Origin: Chromatiaceae bacterium
GTDB taxonomy: Bacteria > Pseudomonadota > Gammaproteobacteria > Chromatiales > Chromatiaceae
DNA: 64,000 nucleotides
NCBI GenBank assembly: GCA_024639005.1
Contig: JAHEJD010000005.1
Coordinates: forward strand, 15,563 to 79,562
Direction of reading: 5' to 3'
This document shows, in pieces, positions 51,601-60,516 of this stretch. Below the pieces are notes generated by a model. The model was not told the DNA's origin. It was given only the letters and a program-made list of their open reading frames with translations, and did not search any database. The position numbers and the translations under genes were made by a program. The first letter of the stretch is position 1. Every line of letters begins with the position of its first letter.

Positions 51601-54338
51601 AAGACCCGCGCCAGACGGCGGAAGGTTGGCAGCCCCTATGCGATGAGATTGCTCGGTTTGTCGAACGGGCGATGCATGAAGATGAATCGACGGTGACGGA
51701 ACCGGCGGAGCCTGCCCCGGCACAAGCTGAGACTGGCTATGAGCCCGCCGACCCCGAGCTGTTGGATATCTTTCTCGAAGAGGCAAGGGAGCTGCTCGAG
51801 GCGCTCGAGAACGAGCTTGTCGACTGGCAGGAAACGGACGACGACCAACTGGCCGTGGCCCAGCTGCAGCGCACGCTGCATACCATGAAGGGGGGTGCCC
51901 GTCTGGCCGGAATCGCGCCGGTGGGTGATCTCAGTCATGCGCTGGAGTCTGTGTTCGAAAGCGTCACCGAACAACGCATCGACAGCAGTGAAGCCCTGCG
52001 CGGACTCGTTCAGCATGCCACCGATGCCTTGGCGCAGGACATCGAAAAACTGAGTGCTGGTACATTGCCCGAGCAGCGTCCAGCGATGATCGAACGCCTC
52101 GAGGCGGCGGCACGCGGCCGTGAGTGGGAAGATGTCGCGGCATTCGAAACCGCCGCCGTTCCCGACGAGCAGGCGCCGCCAGCCATCGCTGAGCTCGCAG
52201 TCGCTGAAGCATCTGCTGCGAACCCTGCCCGCAAGCCAGAGCGGGTTGCGCCCGTGCCCGACAGCGAGCCGTCGCCGATTGACGACTTCGATGCCGATTC
52301 GGAACTGCTATCCGATTCGCAGCTGATGACAGATTCGGAACTCCTGGCGGAGCCAAGTTTCCTTACCGGTGCGCCACCGGACCCTTCAGAGACGGCGCCT
52401 ATCGGCACGGTACTGCACGAGGATTCCAATGTAGTGCAGTTCCCTGCAGCAGACCAGCCCGTCGAAGGGGAGGGGTTTGTCCCGCGCCGAGCGCTGCCGC
52501 AGCCAGAGCAGGAGACGACGACCGGCACCGAGCGTGTGCGCGTATCCTCCGACGCGCTGGACCAGATGGTCAACAATGCGGGCGAAGTAAGCATCTATCG
52601 CGCGCGCATCGAACAACAGAACAGCAGTTTTTCGTTCAACCTCGGTGAGCTGAGCCAGACCATCGATCGCCTGCGCAGCCAGCTGCGAGATCTGGAACTC
52701 GAGACAGAGGCACAGATCCTTTCGCGGCATGAGAGGGAGGGCGAGGCCAGCGCAGATTTCGACCCGCTTGAGCTGGATCGCTATTCCACGATTCAGCAGC
52801 TCTCCCGAGCGCTGTCGGAGACAGTGGAGGACCTCTCCAATCTCGGCCAGTCATTGAACGACCTGAGCCGCGATACCGATACGCTGCTCCTGCAGCAGGC
52901 AAGGGTCAATACAGACCTGCAGGACAGTCTGCTGCGCACGCGAATGGTCAAGTTCTCGAGTCGTGTACCACGTCTCGAACGGGTGGTGCGTCAGACCAGT
53001 CATGGGCTCGGCAAACAGGCCTCGCTGGTCGTCAAGGGCGGCGAAGAGGATATGGATAGGGCGATACTCGAGCGCATGATGAGCCCGCTCGAGCATCTGT
53101 TGAGGAATGCTGTCTCGCACGGTATCGAGGACTCCGCCGTACGCCTCGAAAAGGGCAAGCCGGCGCAGGGCTCGATCGTCCTCCATCTCGTGCGCGAGGG
53201 GTCTGACGTCGTACTGACAATGTCTGATGATGGAGCGGGTCTTGATCGCGAACGCATCCGCGCCAAGGCGGTCGAACGCGGTCTGCTCGAGGCCGATGCA
53301 GCCGTCGAGGACGAAGACCTCTATCAAATGATCCTGCAAGCCGGTTTTTCGACGGCGTCCGAGTTGTCTCAGGTGTCGGGCCGCGGCGTGGGAATGGACG
53401 TGGTGCTGACTGAAGTCAAACAGCTCGGTGGCACGCTGGAGATCGGTTCCAAGCCTGGGCAGGGTACCAGTTTCACGATTCGCCTGCCCTTCACGCTGGC
53501 GATAACCGATGCACTATTGGTCAGTGTGGGTGACGACATCTTTGCGATTCCTCACACCAGCATGGATGGCGTGGTGCGCGTTCCAGTGGACGAGCTGCGC
53601 CGAATCTATGCTGGCGAACAGGAGGGTTTCCATTATAACGATCGCGACTACAGCATGCGTTATCTCGGCAGTATGCTGGGTATGCATGCGCCGCATTTGA
53701 GCGAGGGTGCGCGCTGGCTACCGCTGTTGCTCGTGCGTTCCGGTGAGCACCGCGTAGCGATCCAAGTAGACAGTCTGATGGGCAACCGCCAGATCGTGGT
53801 GAAATCGATCGGTGCTCAGTTGAGCAGCGTGCGCTGGTTTACCGGTGGGACTATCCTCGCCGATGGCCAGATTGCCCTGATTCTCGATGTGAATCGGCTG
53901 GTGCGCATGGATGGTGCACAGCAGCCCGCGCCGGTATTGCCCACCACGGCGCCTGCCAGCAAAGGCGTTTCGGTAATGGTAGTGGACGACTCGATCACGG
54001 TGCGCAAGGTCACAACTCGGCTGCTCGAGCGTCACAATATGCACGTCTTGATAGCAAAAGACGGCGTCGATGCCGTCACGGTGCTGCAGGAGAGCCGCCC
54101 CGACGTGATGCTTCTGGACATCGAGATGCCGCGCATGGACGGCTACGAGTTGGCGCGCCATATGCGCAGCACGCCGGAGTTGAGCGACATACCGATTATC
54201 ATGATCACCTCACGCAGCGGGGACAAACATCGCAAACGCGCGCTGGAGCTTGGTGTGAAGCGCTACCTCGGCAAGCCCTACCAGGAGGCCGACCTCCTCG
54301 AGAACATCTACACGGTCCTCGCGGATACGGCGCTGTGA
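48633..54338 (+). CDS. chpA: Multi-Hpt hybrid histidine kinase ChpA (CheA-like, with CheW and REC domains)
   Basis: This is a 1901-aa protein. Three canonical Hpt motifs have their His codons at 50733 (FHTLKGSG), 51426 (MHTLRGSS) and 51879 (LHTMKGGA). There are also degenerate Hpt-like helices: LHHVHGVLEMV, LQRIGDTFGMVG and LHAVAGALRML. The kinase core has LLRNAVSHGIE, DDGAGLD and GRGVGMD. A CheW-like domain follows, then a C-terminal REC domain (VMVVDDSITVRK ... MLLDIEMPRMDG ... YLGKP). Confidence 0.9.
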   Translation: MMPELRQDRSTLRWIRGELDQTLREARNSLEDFVEGQNERLGECVDRLHHVHGVLEMVQVYGAAMLADEMEQLALALSQGQVKRPESAAEALMLGVVQLPAYLEKIEGGSADIPLALLPLMNDLRAARDAALVTETSLFAPKLNSVIAADTVRPGSGNRDLPRIIQHQRSHYHRGLLNWIRGQDERAALTQIRDVLDLLNSASGTARLRRLLDAGEALATALLEQDEAPALAVKPLFGKIDRVFKRVMDQGEEAAMLDFPIDVLKNLLYYIARSNSQDPAVLAVKQASDLANAFPEQLGDSMTVGALGGPDRELFQAVGEALSQDLRDVKDQLDLFMRSDRSQLDRLTRLAPALQRIGDTFGMVGRGELRSRLKHRGDELREVERSGEMPSDDGLMALAGDLLLVESSLASLSSVETPIADFDGAMEGTVPQVLSEGEMQQHLRTAVDEALVELARIKDSILAYLDTPEQNALLQDVPQRLHAVAGALRMLDLPDAAGLLETLEPYVDGLAGGQQLVPDAERRDALADVIISAELYMQSAVEPGGDRSRLLAYAHRGLETLALRESVTELPTFRSKSAESDADLAIHDTGDAPVAGTPPGDEALAGAAPEIPTDAFAGQPGESPEEHAAIEEPVHSPETAVAEPSAGDAVDTAGDLVDAEILEIFGEEAEEELQSVQRCYPQWRDNRDDGDSLTTMRRSFHTLKGSGRIVGATKLGEFAWSVENLLNRVIDGTVEVSSAVTEVMDRVVEVLPELVAESITPGDDAVDVSALSERAFALASSTQAETAAGQEAAIPDEVTAAAAEEATVEPPVVMDEVGDADLSGDAEVQATMSPHEALPEPAEQPDVEPAVTETLAAVTESLEESIPTAVEGQDSQFAEVEDSNLNGADSMLSDVFLNEARGHLQVLADFIERGHREADGCTFDEDLRRAMHTLRGSSRTAQVQPVAELAAALENLGNTLHGLGRHTDAGILNLLDRSNAMLSDLLHHLEDPRQTAEGWQPLCDEIARFVERAMHEDESTVTEPAEPAPAQAETGYEPADPELLDIFLEEARELLEALENELVDWQETDDDQLAVAQLQRTLHTMKGGARLAGIAPVGDLSHALESVFESVTEQRIDSSEALRGLVQHATDALAQDIEKLSAGTLPEQRPAMIERLEAAARGREWEDVAAFETAAVPDEQAPPAIAELAVAEASAANPARKPERVAPVPDSEPSPIDDFDADSELLSDSQLMTDSELLAEPSFLTGAPPDPSETAPIGTVLHEDSNVVQFPAADQPVEGEGFVPRRALPQPEQETTTGTERVRVSSDALDQMVNNAGEVSIYRARIEQQNSSFSFNLGELSQTIDRLRSQLRDLELETEAQILSRHEREGEASADFDPLELDRYSTIQQLSRALSETVEDLSNLGQSLNDLSRDTDTLLLQQARVNTDLQDSLLRTRMVKFSSRVPRLERVVRQTSHGLGKQASLVVKGGEEDMDRAILERMMSPLEHLLRNAVSHGIEDSAVRLEKGKPAQGSIVLHLVREGSDVVLTMSDDGAGLDRERIRAKAVERGLLEADAAVEDEDLYQMILQAGFSTASELSQVSGRGVGMDVVLTEVKQLGGTLEIGSKPGQGTSFTIRLPFTLAITDALLVSVGDDIFAIPHTSMDGVVRVPVDELRRIYAGEQEGFHYNDRDYSMRYLGSMLGMHAPHLSEGARWLPLLLVRSGEHRVAIQVDSLMGNRQIVVKSIGAQLSSVRWFTGGTILADGQIALILDVNRLVRMDGAQQPAPVLPTTAPASKGVSVMVVDDSITVRKVTTRLLERHNMHVLIAKDGVDAVTVLQESRPDVMLLDIEMPRMDGYELARHMRSTPELSDIPIIMITSRSGDKHRKRALELGVKRYLGKPYQEADLLENIYTVLADTAL

Positions 54339-54790
54339 GTCAGGCCGCCCAGGAATTGCGGTGTATGCTGATTCCATTGCGCGAGGGGCGACTTGTTTTG
54401 CCGAACGCGGCGGTGGCAGAGGTCATCGGTTATCGTGACCCGGATCCGGTCGGACCTGGGGATCCCTGGTTGCAGGGCAAGGTGAGCTGGCATCAACGAA
54501 ACATCCTGGTGATCGATTTCGAGCGCATGCTCGGGTTGCCGGTCACCGGTGCCGGCATCCGGCAGCGGATTGTGGTGTGCTACGCCCTGGACGCCGAAGG
54601 GCAGTGGCCCCTGCTGGGATTGGTTGCACAAGGTATACCGCGCCTGTTGCGGGTTAACAGTGAGATGATCGAATCTGCTGCCTCTGCGCAGTCGGATGCC
54701 TCACCCGTTCAGATGCGCCTGACGATCGGGGGTGAGGATCTGATGGTCCCCGATCTCGCATATCTGCAGGCGCAGCTGCCTGCTGCTTAG
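54335..54790 (+). CDS. CheW-like coupling protein (ChpC-like)
   Basis: This 151-aa ORF starts at GTG with a GTGA overlap on the chpA stop. It has a CheW-fold pattern (LIPLREGRLVLPNAAVAEVIGY ... WLQGKVSWHQRNILVID). Confidence 0.8.
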   Translation: MSQAAQELRCMLIPLREGRLVLPNAAVAEVIGYRDPDPVGPGDPWLQGKVSWHQRNILVIDFERMLGLPVTGAGIRQRIVVCYALDAEGQWPLLGLVAQGIPRLLRVNSEMIESAASAQSDASPVQMRLTIGGEDLMVPDLAYLQAQLPAA

Positions 54791-54825
54791 CCCGCATCCG
54801 TAACCGGCATCACGGATGCGGGCTA
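54788..54825. terminator. 14-bp perfect hairpin spanning the gap between two convergent genes and including both stop codons
   Basis: The arms are tagcccgcatccgt (54788-54801) and acggatgcgggcta (54812-54825), with a 10-nt loop. The arms begin and end with the stops of the cheW-like gene and rsmE. No clear U-tract is present. Confidence 0.55.
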
Positions 54826-55551
54826 GCGAAAATCCCCCCACAGCACCTGAATTGCGGCCAAAGCGGCGATTGGTGCCGTCTCGGTGCGCAGAATCCGTGG
54901 ACCCAAACGGACAGCGACGAACTCGTTCGCTAGTGCCAGTGCGCGCTCGTTCTCGCTGAGGCCGCCCTCGGGGCCGATCAACAGATTCAGCGCTGGGCGC
55001 GAAGGCGGAGGCGAGTCCGCGAGGCTTTGGGTCGCGCGGTGATACAGCATCAGCCCGCCTCGATGAGCTGCAAGCCAGTCAGATAGCGCAACAGCAGGGC
55101 GTAGTTCCGGCAAGTGATGGCGACCGCTTTGCTCACAGGCACTGATGACGATTCCTCGCCAGTGGCTGAAACGTCGCTCCAGGCGCTGCGCGCCGAGCTG
55201 CACCACACTGCGTTCGCTGAATAGGGGTGTCAAGGATCCGACGCCAAGCTCCACGGCCTTTTGCAGGGCGAAGTCCATACGCTCGCCGCGCGATACACCG
55301 ATACCCAGGTGGACCTGCAATGCCGTCGGGTGCCCGGTGGAAACGGCCGTTTCCACGTCTACGCTGCAACCCTTTCGATCGCAATGCGACAATGTAGCGT
55401 CGAAGTCTGAGCCATCGCCGTTGAACAGGATCAGACGCTGCCCGACGCGCAGTCGCAGCGCCTGGCTCACATATCGGTGGGCGCGTGTGTCAAGCTGCAC
55501 CCGGCTGCCAGGTTGTAGCGGCTGGTCGATAAAGATACGGGGAACGCGCAT
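54823..55551 (-). CDS. rsmE: 16S rRNA (uracil1498-N3)-methyltransferase
   Basis: The start is refined to ATG 55549-55551 (MRVPRIFIDQPLQPGSRVQLDTRAHRYVSQALRLRVGQRLILFNGDG). The C-terminus has LLIGPEGGLSENE ... LGPRILRTETA. Confidence 0.9.
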   Translation of the reverse strand: MRVPRIFIDQPLQPGSRVQLDTRAHRYVSQALRLRVGQRLILFNGDGSDFDATLSHCDRKGCSVDVETAVSTGHPTALQVHLGIGVSRGERMDFALQKAVELGVGSLTPLFSERSVVQLGAQRLERRFSHWRGIVISACEQSGRHHLPELRPAVALSDWLAAHRGGLMLYHRATQSLADSPPPSRPALNLLIGPEGGLSENERALALANEFVAVRLGPRILRTETAPIAALAAIQVLWGDFR

Positions 55552-55565
55552 GGTGGGGCGGTCCG

Positions 55566-56429
55566 CTACAGCGGTCCGCCCAGGCCGAGATTGTCCCAGA
55601 TCGCCAAGGTCGGGTCGGCCTGGTTCATGGTGTAGAAGTGTAGGCCAGGCGCCCCCATGTCGAGCAGCCGCTGGCACATCTTGCTGACCGCTTCAGTGCC
55701 CAGGGCGCGGATGGCGGCGACGTCATCTCCGTAACCTTCAAGGCGTTTGCGCAGCCAACGCGGAATCTCCGCACCGCAGGCATCGGAGAAGCGAACCAAA
55801 TTGCTGAAGTTGGTGATCGGCATCACCCCCGGCACGATGGGGATATCGATACCGCGCCGAACGCAGGCGTCGCTGAAATGCTCGTAGGCGTCTGCGTTAT
55901 AGAAGTACTGGGTGATCGCAGAATCCGCCCCTGCGTCCACTTTCCGTTTGAAGTTATCCAGGTCGCGCTCGAAGCTGAGCGCCTGCGGGTGCATCTCTGG
56001 GTATGCCGCGACCTCGATGTGAAAGGCTTCCCTGAACTGGTCGCGCACCAGCGCGACCAGTTCGTTGGCGTGATTGAGTTCGCCCATCGATCCCGCGCCC
56101 GCCCCGGATGGAAGATCGCCTCGCAGCGCAACAATGCGTCGAATCGCCTGCGATGCATAACGCGACATAATATCGACGATTTCGCTTCGCTTGCTGCCTA
56201 TGCAGGAAAGGTGTGGGGCGACCTCGATCCCTTGACTCTTTATCCAGTCCACTGTGGCAAAGGTGTTGCTCTGTGTCGAACCACCCGCGCCATAGGTGAC
56301 GGAGAAAAAGGCCGGATGCCGCGCATTCAGCGTGGAGACCGTGTCGCGCAGTTTGGCTGCCCCGTGGTCGGTCTTTGGCGGGAACAGTTCAAAACTGAAC
56401 GTTCGTTCAGCGATCTGTGTTGACGTCAT
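55566..56429 (-). CDS. metF: 5,10-methylenetetrahydrofolate reductase
   Basis: It has FSFELFPPKT, FFSVTYGAGGST and CIG ... ALRGD. Confidence 0.95.
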   Translation of the reverse strand: MTSTQIAERTFSFELFPPKTDHGAAKLRDTVSTLNARHPAFFSVTYGAGGSTQSNTFATVDWIKSQGIEVAPHLSCIGSKRSEIVDIMSRYASQAIRRIVALRGDLPSGAGAGSMGELNHANELVALVRDQFREAFHIEVAAYPEMHPQALSFERDLDNFKRKVDAGADSAITQYFYNADAYEHFSDACVRRGIDIPIVPGVMPITNFSNLVRFSDACGAEIPRWLRKRLEGYGDDVAAIRALGTEAVSKMCQRLLDMGAPGLHFYTMNQADPTLAIWDNLGLGGPL

Positions 56430-56564
56430 TGCGTGTCCCTCGAATCATAGGCGCCGGCCAGGGAAGAGATGCGCGCGGGGTTAGCGGGCTCTCGGCACTT
56501 GGCCGCAAGCCGTGTCGTCCGCTCCGGTACGGTCCCCTTTACTGCAGGCTGCGCGTCGCGCTGC

Positions 56565-57971
56565 TCAGTAGCGATAATGATCGGATTTATAGGGACCATC
56601 GGCTGACACCCCGATGTAGTCCGCCTGTTCCTGGGTCAATCTGGTCAGCTTGGCGCCGATCTTTTCGAGGTGCAGCCGGGCAACCTCTTCATCGAGGTGC
56701 TTCGGCAGCACATAGACGCCGACCGGATACTCCTCAGGCTTGGTGAAGATCTCGATCTGTGCCAGCACCTGATTGGTGAACGAGTTCGACATCACGAAGC
56801 TGGGGTGGCCGGTGGCGCAGCCGAGGTTCACCAGGCGGCCTTCGGCCAGCAAGGTGATCCGATGACCGTCCGGGAACAGGACTTGGTCGACCTGCGGTTT
56901 TACATTGATCCACTCGTGGTCATTCAACCTGTCGACCTGGATCTCATTGTCGAAATGGCCGATGTTGCACACGATGGCCTCGTCTTTCATGGCCGCCATG
57001 TGCTCGTAAGTGATGATGTCCTTGTTGCCGGTGGTGGTGACATAGATGTCGGCAATCGGCAGGGCATCTTCAATGGTGACTACGCGATAGCCCTCCATGG
57101 CCGCCTGAAGGGCGCAGATCGGATCGATCTCGGTAATCCAGACAGTGGCGCCGAGACCGCGCAGCGACTGCGCCGAGCCCTTGCCGACGTCCCCATAACC
57201 GCATACCAGTGCGACCTTGCCAGCGATCATGACGTCGGTAGCGCGTTTGATACCGTCTACCAGTGATTCGCGGCAGCCGTACAGGTTATCGAACTTGGAT
57301 TTGGTCACCGAGTCGTTGACGTTGATCGCCGGGAACAGCAGCTCGCCGTTCTTGAACATCTCGTAGAGCCGATGCACGCCGGTGGTGGTCTCCTCAGTGA
57401 CGCCCCTGATGCCCTGTCCGATCTTGGTCCACTTCTCCGGGTCTTTGGCGAGTGAGCGCTGCAAGGTCCCTATGATGACTTTCCACTCAGTGGGGTCGTC
57501 AGCAGCGGCATCGGGAACGGCCCCGGCCTTCTCATACTCAGTGCCCTTGTGGACCAGCAGGGTCGCGTCGCCGCCGTCGTCAAGGATCATGTTGGGCCCT
57601 CCGCCATCTGGCCAGGACAGGACCTGTTCGGTGCACCACCAGTACTCTTCCAGCGTCTCGCCCTTCCAGGCGTAGACCGGGATCCTGGCGGCAGCAATTG
57701 CGGCGGCGGCATGGTCCTGGGTCGAGAAGATATTGCACGAGCACCAGCGGATCTCGGCACCCAGCTCGATCAGTGTCTCGATCAGGACCGCGGTCTGGAT
57801 GGTCATATGCAGGGAGCCGGTGATTCGCGCGCCGGACAACGGCTTGCTGTCGCGGTACTTCTGGCGAAGTGCCATCAGGCCGGGCATCTCCGTCTCTGCG
57901 ATGCGAATCTCTTTACGGCCCCAGTCGGCGAGGGACAGGTCGGCGATTTTGTGGTCGGTGAACTCACTCAT
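56565..57971 (-). CDS. ahcY: Adenosylhomocysteinase
   Basis: The start is refined to ATG 57969-57971 ([35 protein letters not shown]). The NAD motif is [12 protein letters not shown]. The C-terminus is YKSDHYRY. Confidence 0.95.
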   Translation of the reverse strand: MSEFTDHKIADLSLADWGRKEIRIAETEMPGLMALRQKYRDSKPLSGARITGSLHMTIQTAVLIETLIELGAEIRWCSCNIFSTQDHAAAAIAAARIPVYAWKGETLEEYWWCTEQVLSWPDGGGPNMILDDGGDATLLVHKGTEYEKAGAVPDAAADDPTEWKVIIGTLQRSLAKDPEKWTKIGQGIRGVTEETTTGVHRLYEMFKNGELLFPAINVNDSVTKSKFDNLYGCRESLVDGIKRATDVMIAGKVALVCGYGDVGKGSAQSLRGLGATVWITEIDPICALQAAMEGYRVVTIEDALPIADIYVTTTGNKDIITYEHMAAMKDEAIVCNIGHFDNEIQVDRLNDHEWINVKPQVDQVLFPDGHRITLLAEGRLVNLGCATGHPSFVMSNSFTNQVLAQIEIFTKPEEYPVGVYVLPKHLDEEVARLHLEKIGAKLTRLTQEQADYIGVSADGPYKSDHYRY

Positions 57972-57997
57972 GATCGTTGACTCCTGTTCAAAAAACG

Positions 57998-58076
57998 TGA
58001 GTGAGCGCCGTTTCAAGCTGTCTGTATCCGTCGCCGAGCCTGGCCTGATGAATCAGGTCGCAGCGCCCCTCGGCAG
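57998..58076 (-). promoter_or_regulatory. SAH riboswitch (S-adenosylhomocysteine-sensing leader) of ahcY
   Basis: The minus-strand RNA reads CCGAGGGGCGCUGCGACCUGAUUCAUCAGGCCAGGCUCGGCGACGGAUACAGACAGCUUGAAACGGCGCUCAC (58073 down to 58001). It contains the conserved blocks I recall for the SAH element (CGAGG-GCGCUGC, CAGGCUCGG, AACGGCGCUCAC). P1 is CCGAG/CUCGG and the P2 hairpin is CCUGAU/AUCAGG. It lies ~30 nt upstream of the ahcY AGGAG and ATG. Confidence 0.85.
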
Positions 58077-58373
58077 GGAGTTGTAACCGCGCTATCGGAG
58101 GTGTCGCGGCCGTCGTTTCGGTCGGCTGTGCTAGACCTCCGACATTTTTCGCGCGCTGATTTTACACGTCCGCGGCTCGATTGCGCAGCCAACGCCAGCG
58201 TTCGCGCGGTTTGTCGGGCGCTGAGGGCCGTTTTCGGCGCCGCCAGAGGACCTACAAGTCAAATACCCAACCATTGGTAGTGGTTTTCGGCTATTGTTGC
58301 CGAAAATCTGCCGCTTGGGCGGCACAAAACAGACCCCGGAAAAGGGGCGTGAAGACCAACAAAGGAGCAGACC

Positions 58374-59141
58374 ATGGCCGAACCAGGCACAGCGCGTCCG
58401 AACGATACGGACCCAAATCTCGAACCCTTGTTCTACCCAACCAACCGGCTGGGCTTTGATGCGCCGCTGCGCTGGCTGAGGCTTGGCTGGCGCGACCTCA
58501 TTCGCGCCCGGCGGCAAAGCCTCACCTACGGCGCCGGCTTGGTGCTATTCGGCTACCTGCTCACGTGGCTGGCCTGGGACGAGGGACATACCCTGGCGCT
58601 ATTCACGCTGGGCATGGCGTTTATCCTGAGCGGGCCCGTCCTGGCCTTTGGCCTTTACTCGATCAGCCGCCAGCTCGAACAAGGTCGCCAGCCAAGACTC
58701 GGGATGTGTTGGAGTGAGAGTCGCAACCATTTACGCAACGAACTCCTGTTCGCCCTGGTCATGCTGGTGATCCTGCTCGTCTGGGCGCGTGCCGCCTCGA
58801 TGGTGCATGTGTTCTTCCCGATCGGAGAAGAGCTTGGCTTAATCGGCTGGCTACAGTTCCTGGCGATCGGTAGTGTGGTCGGCTCGCTGTTCGCCGCTGT
58901 TGTTTTCTCCGCAAGTGTGGTCTCACTGCCGATGATGCTGGATCGGGGTACTGATGCAATCACTAGCGCATTGACCAGCATCAATGGTGTTATCCACAAC
59001 CGGGGGGTCATGCTGCTGTGGGCGGTGTTGATTCTTGGATTGGTGTTGGTCGGGTTTGCCACGGCCTATATCGGCCTGGCGGTTGTCCTGCCGTTGATCG
59101 GCCATGCGACATGGCATGCGTATCGCGAGACGGTGAAGTGA
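58374..59141 (+). CDS. Polytopic membrane protein, DUF2189-like
   Basis: This 255-aa ORF has AAGGAG 7 nt upstream of the ATG. It has an N-terminal LRWLRLGWRDL motif and 4-5 TM segments. The family is assigned from memory only. Confidence 0.6.
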   Translation: MAEPGTARPNDTDPNLEPLFYPTNRLGFDAPLRWLRLGWRDLIRARRQSLTYGAGLVLFGYLLTWLAWDEGHTLALFTLGMAFILSGPVLAFGLYSISRQLEQGRQPRLGMCWSESRNHLRNELLFALVMLVILLVWARAASMVHVFFPIGEELGLIGWLQFLAIGSVVGSLFAAVVFSASVVSLPMMLDRGTDAITSALTSINGVIHNRGVMLLWAVLILGLVLVGFATAYIGLAVVLPLIGHATWHAYRETVK

Positions 59142-59211
59142 TTCACCCGGGACACGCTCAGCTCTAAGTCCGAGAGACGGCGCCGGATGATGCCGGCGGC
59201 GGTGATCGATC

Positions 59212-60384
59212 TCAGAGGCCGGCTGCAGACCTGAGCATATCCGCCCTGTCTGTCGCCTCCCAGGTGAAGCCTTCGTTCTCGCGTCCGAAGTGGCCGTAGG
59301 CGGCTGTTTTGCGATAGCTGATCCTGCTCGTGTTGAGGAGATCGAGCATGCGCAGGATGCCGTAGGGGCGCAGGTCAAAATGCTCTCTGACCAGTTCGGT
59401 AATCCGACCGTCGCTGACATTGCCCGTGCCATAGGTGTCGACCATGATGGATGTCGGCTCGGCGACGCCGATCGCATAGGAGATCTGGATCTCGCATTTT
59501 TCGGCCAGCCCGGCGGCCACGATGTTCTTGGCGACATAGCGACCGGCATAGGCCGCTGAGCGGTCGACCTTGGAGGGGTCTTTGCCGGAGAAGGCGCCGC
59601 CACCGTGGCGTGCGGCGCCGCCATAAGTGTCCACGATGATCTTGCGTCCGGTCAGGCCGGCGTCACCCATTGGCCCGCCGACAACGAAGCTGCCGGTGGG
59701 GTTGATATGGTATCGGGTTTCTTTGGTCAGGAGCCCGGTTGGCTCGAGGATCGGCTTAATGACTTCATCCATCACCGCCTCCTGCAGCGCCGCACCGCCA
59801 AACTCAGCGGCGTGCTGCGTCGACAACACCACCGCATCGATCGCCGCGGGTTTGCCGTCGGCGTAATTCAGGCTGACCTGTGATTTTGCATCCGGGCGCA
59901 ACAGCGGCAGCATGCCCTTTTTTCGCACCTCGGCCTGGCGCTCCACGAGCCGGTGCGCATACAGGATGGCTGCGGGCATCAGCGCCTCGGTCTCGTTCGT
60001 CGCGTAGCCGAACATCAGGCCCTGGTCGCCGGCGCCCTGATCTTCCGGCCGCGCGCGATCGACCCCCTGATTGATGTCCGGTGACTGCACACCGATTGCT
60101 GAAAGTACCGCGCAGCTGTCGGCGTCGAAGCCCATCTCGGAGCTGGTGTAGCCGATCTCTCGGATGGTCTCCCGGATGATCTGCTCGTAGTCGGGTTTGG
60201 CCGTCGTGGTGATTTCACCGGCGATGATCGCCATGCCTGTCTTGAACAGTGTTTCGCAGGCGACACGGGCGTGCGGATCCTCGGCGAGTATGGCGTCAAG
60301 GATGGCATCGGAGACCTGATCAGCCATTTTGTCGGGGTGCCCTTCAGAGACCGATTCAGAGGTGAAGATGAAATCGCGCGACAT
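59212..60384 (-). CDS. metK: S-adenosylmethionine synthetase
   Basis: It has [37 protein letters not shown] and [19 protein letters not shown]. Confidence 0.97.
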   Translation of the reverse strand: MSRDFIFTSESVSEGHPDKMADQVSDAILDAILAEDPHARVACETLFKTGMAIIAGEITTTAKPDYEQIIRETIREIGYTSSEMGFDADSCAVLSAIGVQSPDINQGVDRARPEDQGAGDQGLMFGYATNETEALMPAAILYAHRLVERQAEVRKKGMLPLLRPDAKSQVSLNYADGKPAAIDAVVLSTQHAAEFGGAALQEAVMDEVIKPILEPTGLLTKETRYHINPTGSFVVGGPMGDAGLTGRKIIVDTYGGAARHGGGAFSGKDPSKVDRSAAYAGRYVAKNIVAAGLAEKCEIQISYAIGVAEPTSIMVDTYGTGNVSDGRITELVREHFDLRPYGILRMLDLLNTSRISYRKTAAYGHFGRENEGFTWEATDRADMLRSAAGL

Positions 60385-60516
60385 TGCCTACTCCTGAGAT
60401 TGCAAGGTGTTTCTGCCTTGTGCAGATCGGATCCGTTCACGGCGGCGGATTTTACATGCTTGAGCAGCCGGGCGCATTCTGAAAGAATCCTCGGTCCGAA
60501 AGAAGAGGAAGACCTG

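Noticed and set aside
58131-58517. A 128-aa minus-strand ORF overlapping the start of the DUF2189-like gene
   Set aside because: It has no RBS and no motif, and it overlaps a well-supported + strand gene that has a strong AAGGAG RBS.
60385-60516. A possible SAM-type riboswitch in the metK leader
   Set aside because: I could not find any SAM-I, SAM-II, SAM-V or SAM/SAH consensus blocks. There is only a short hairpin (caagg-N8-ccttg, 60403-60420) next to the RBS. A covariance-model scan would be needed to be sure.
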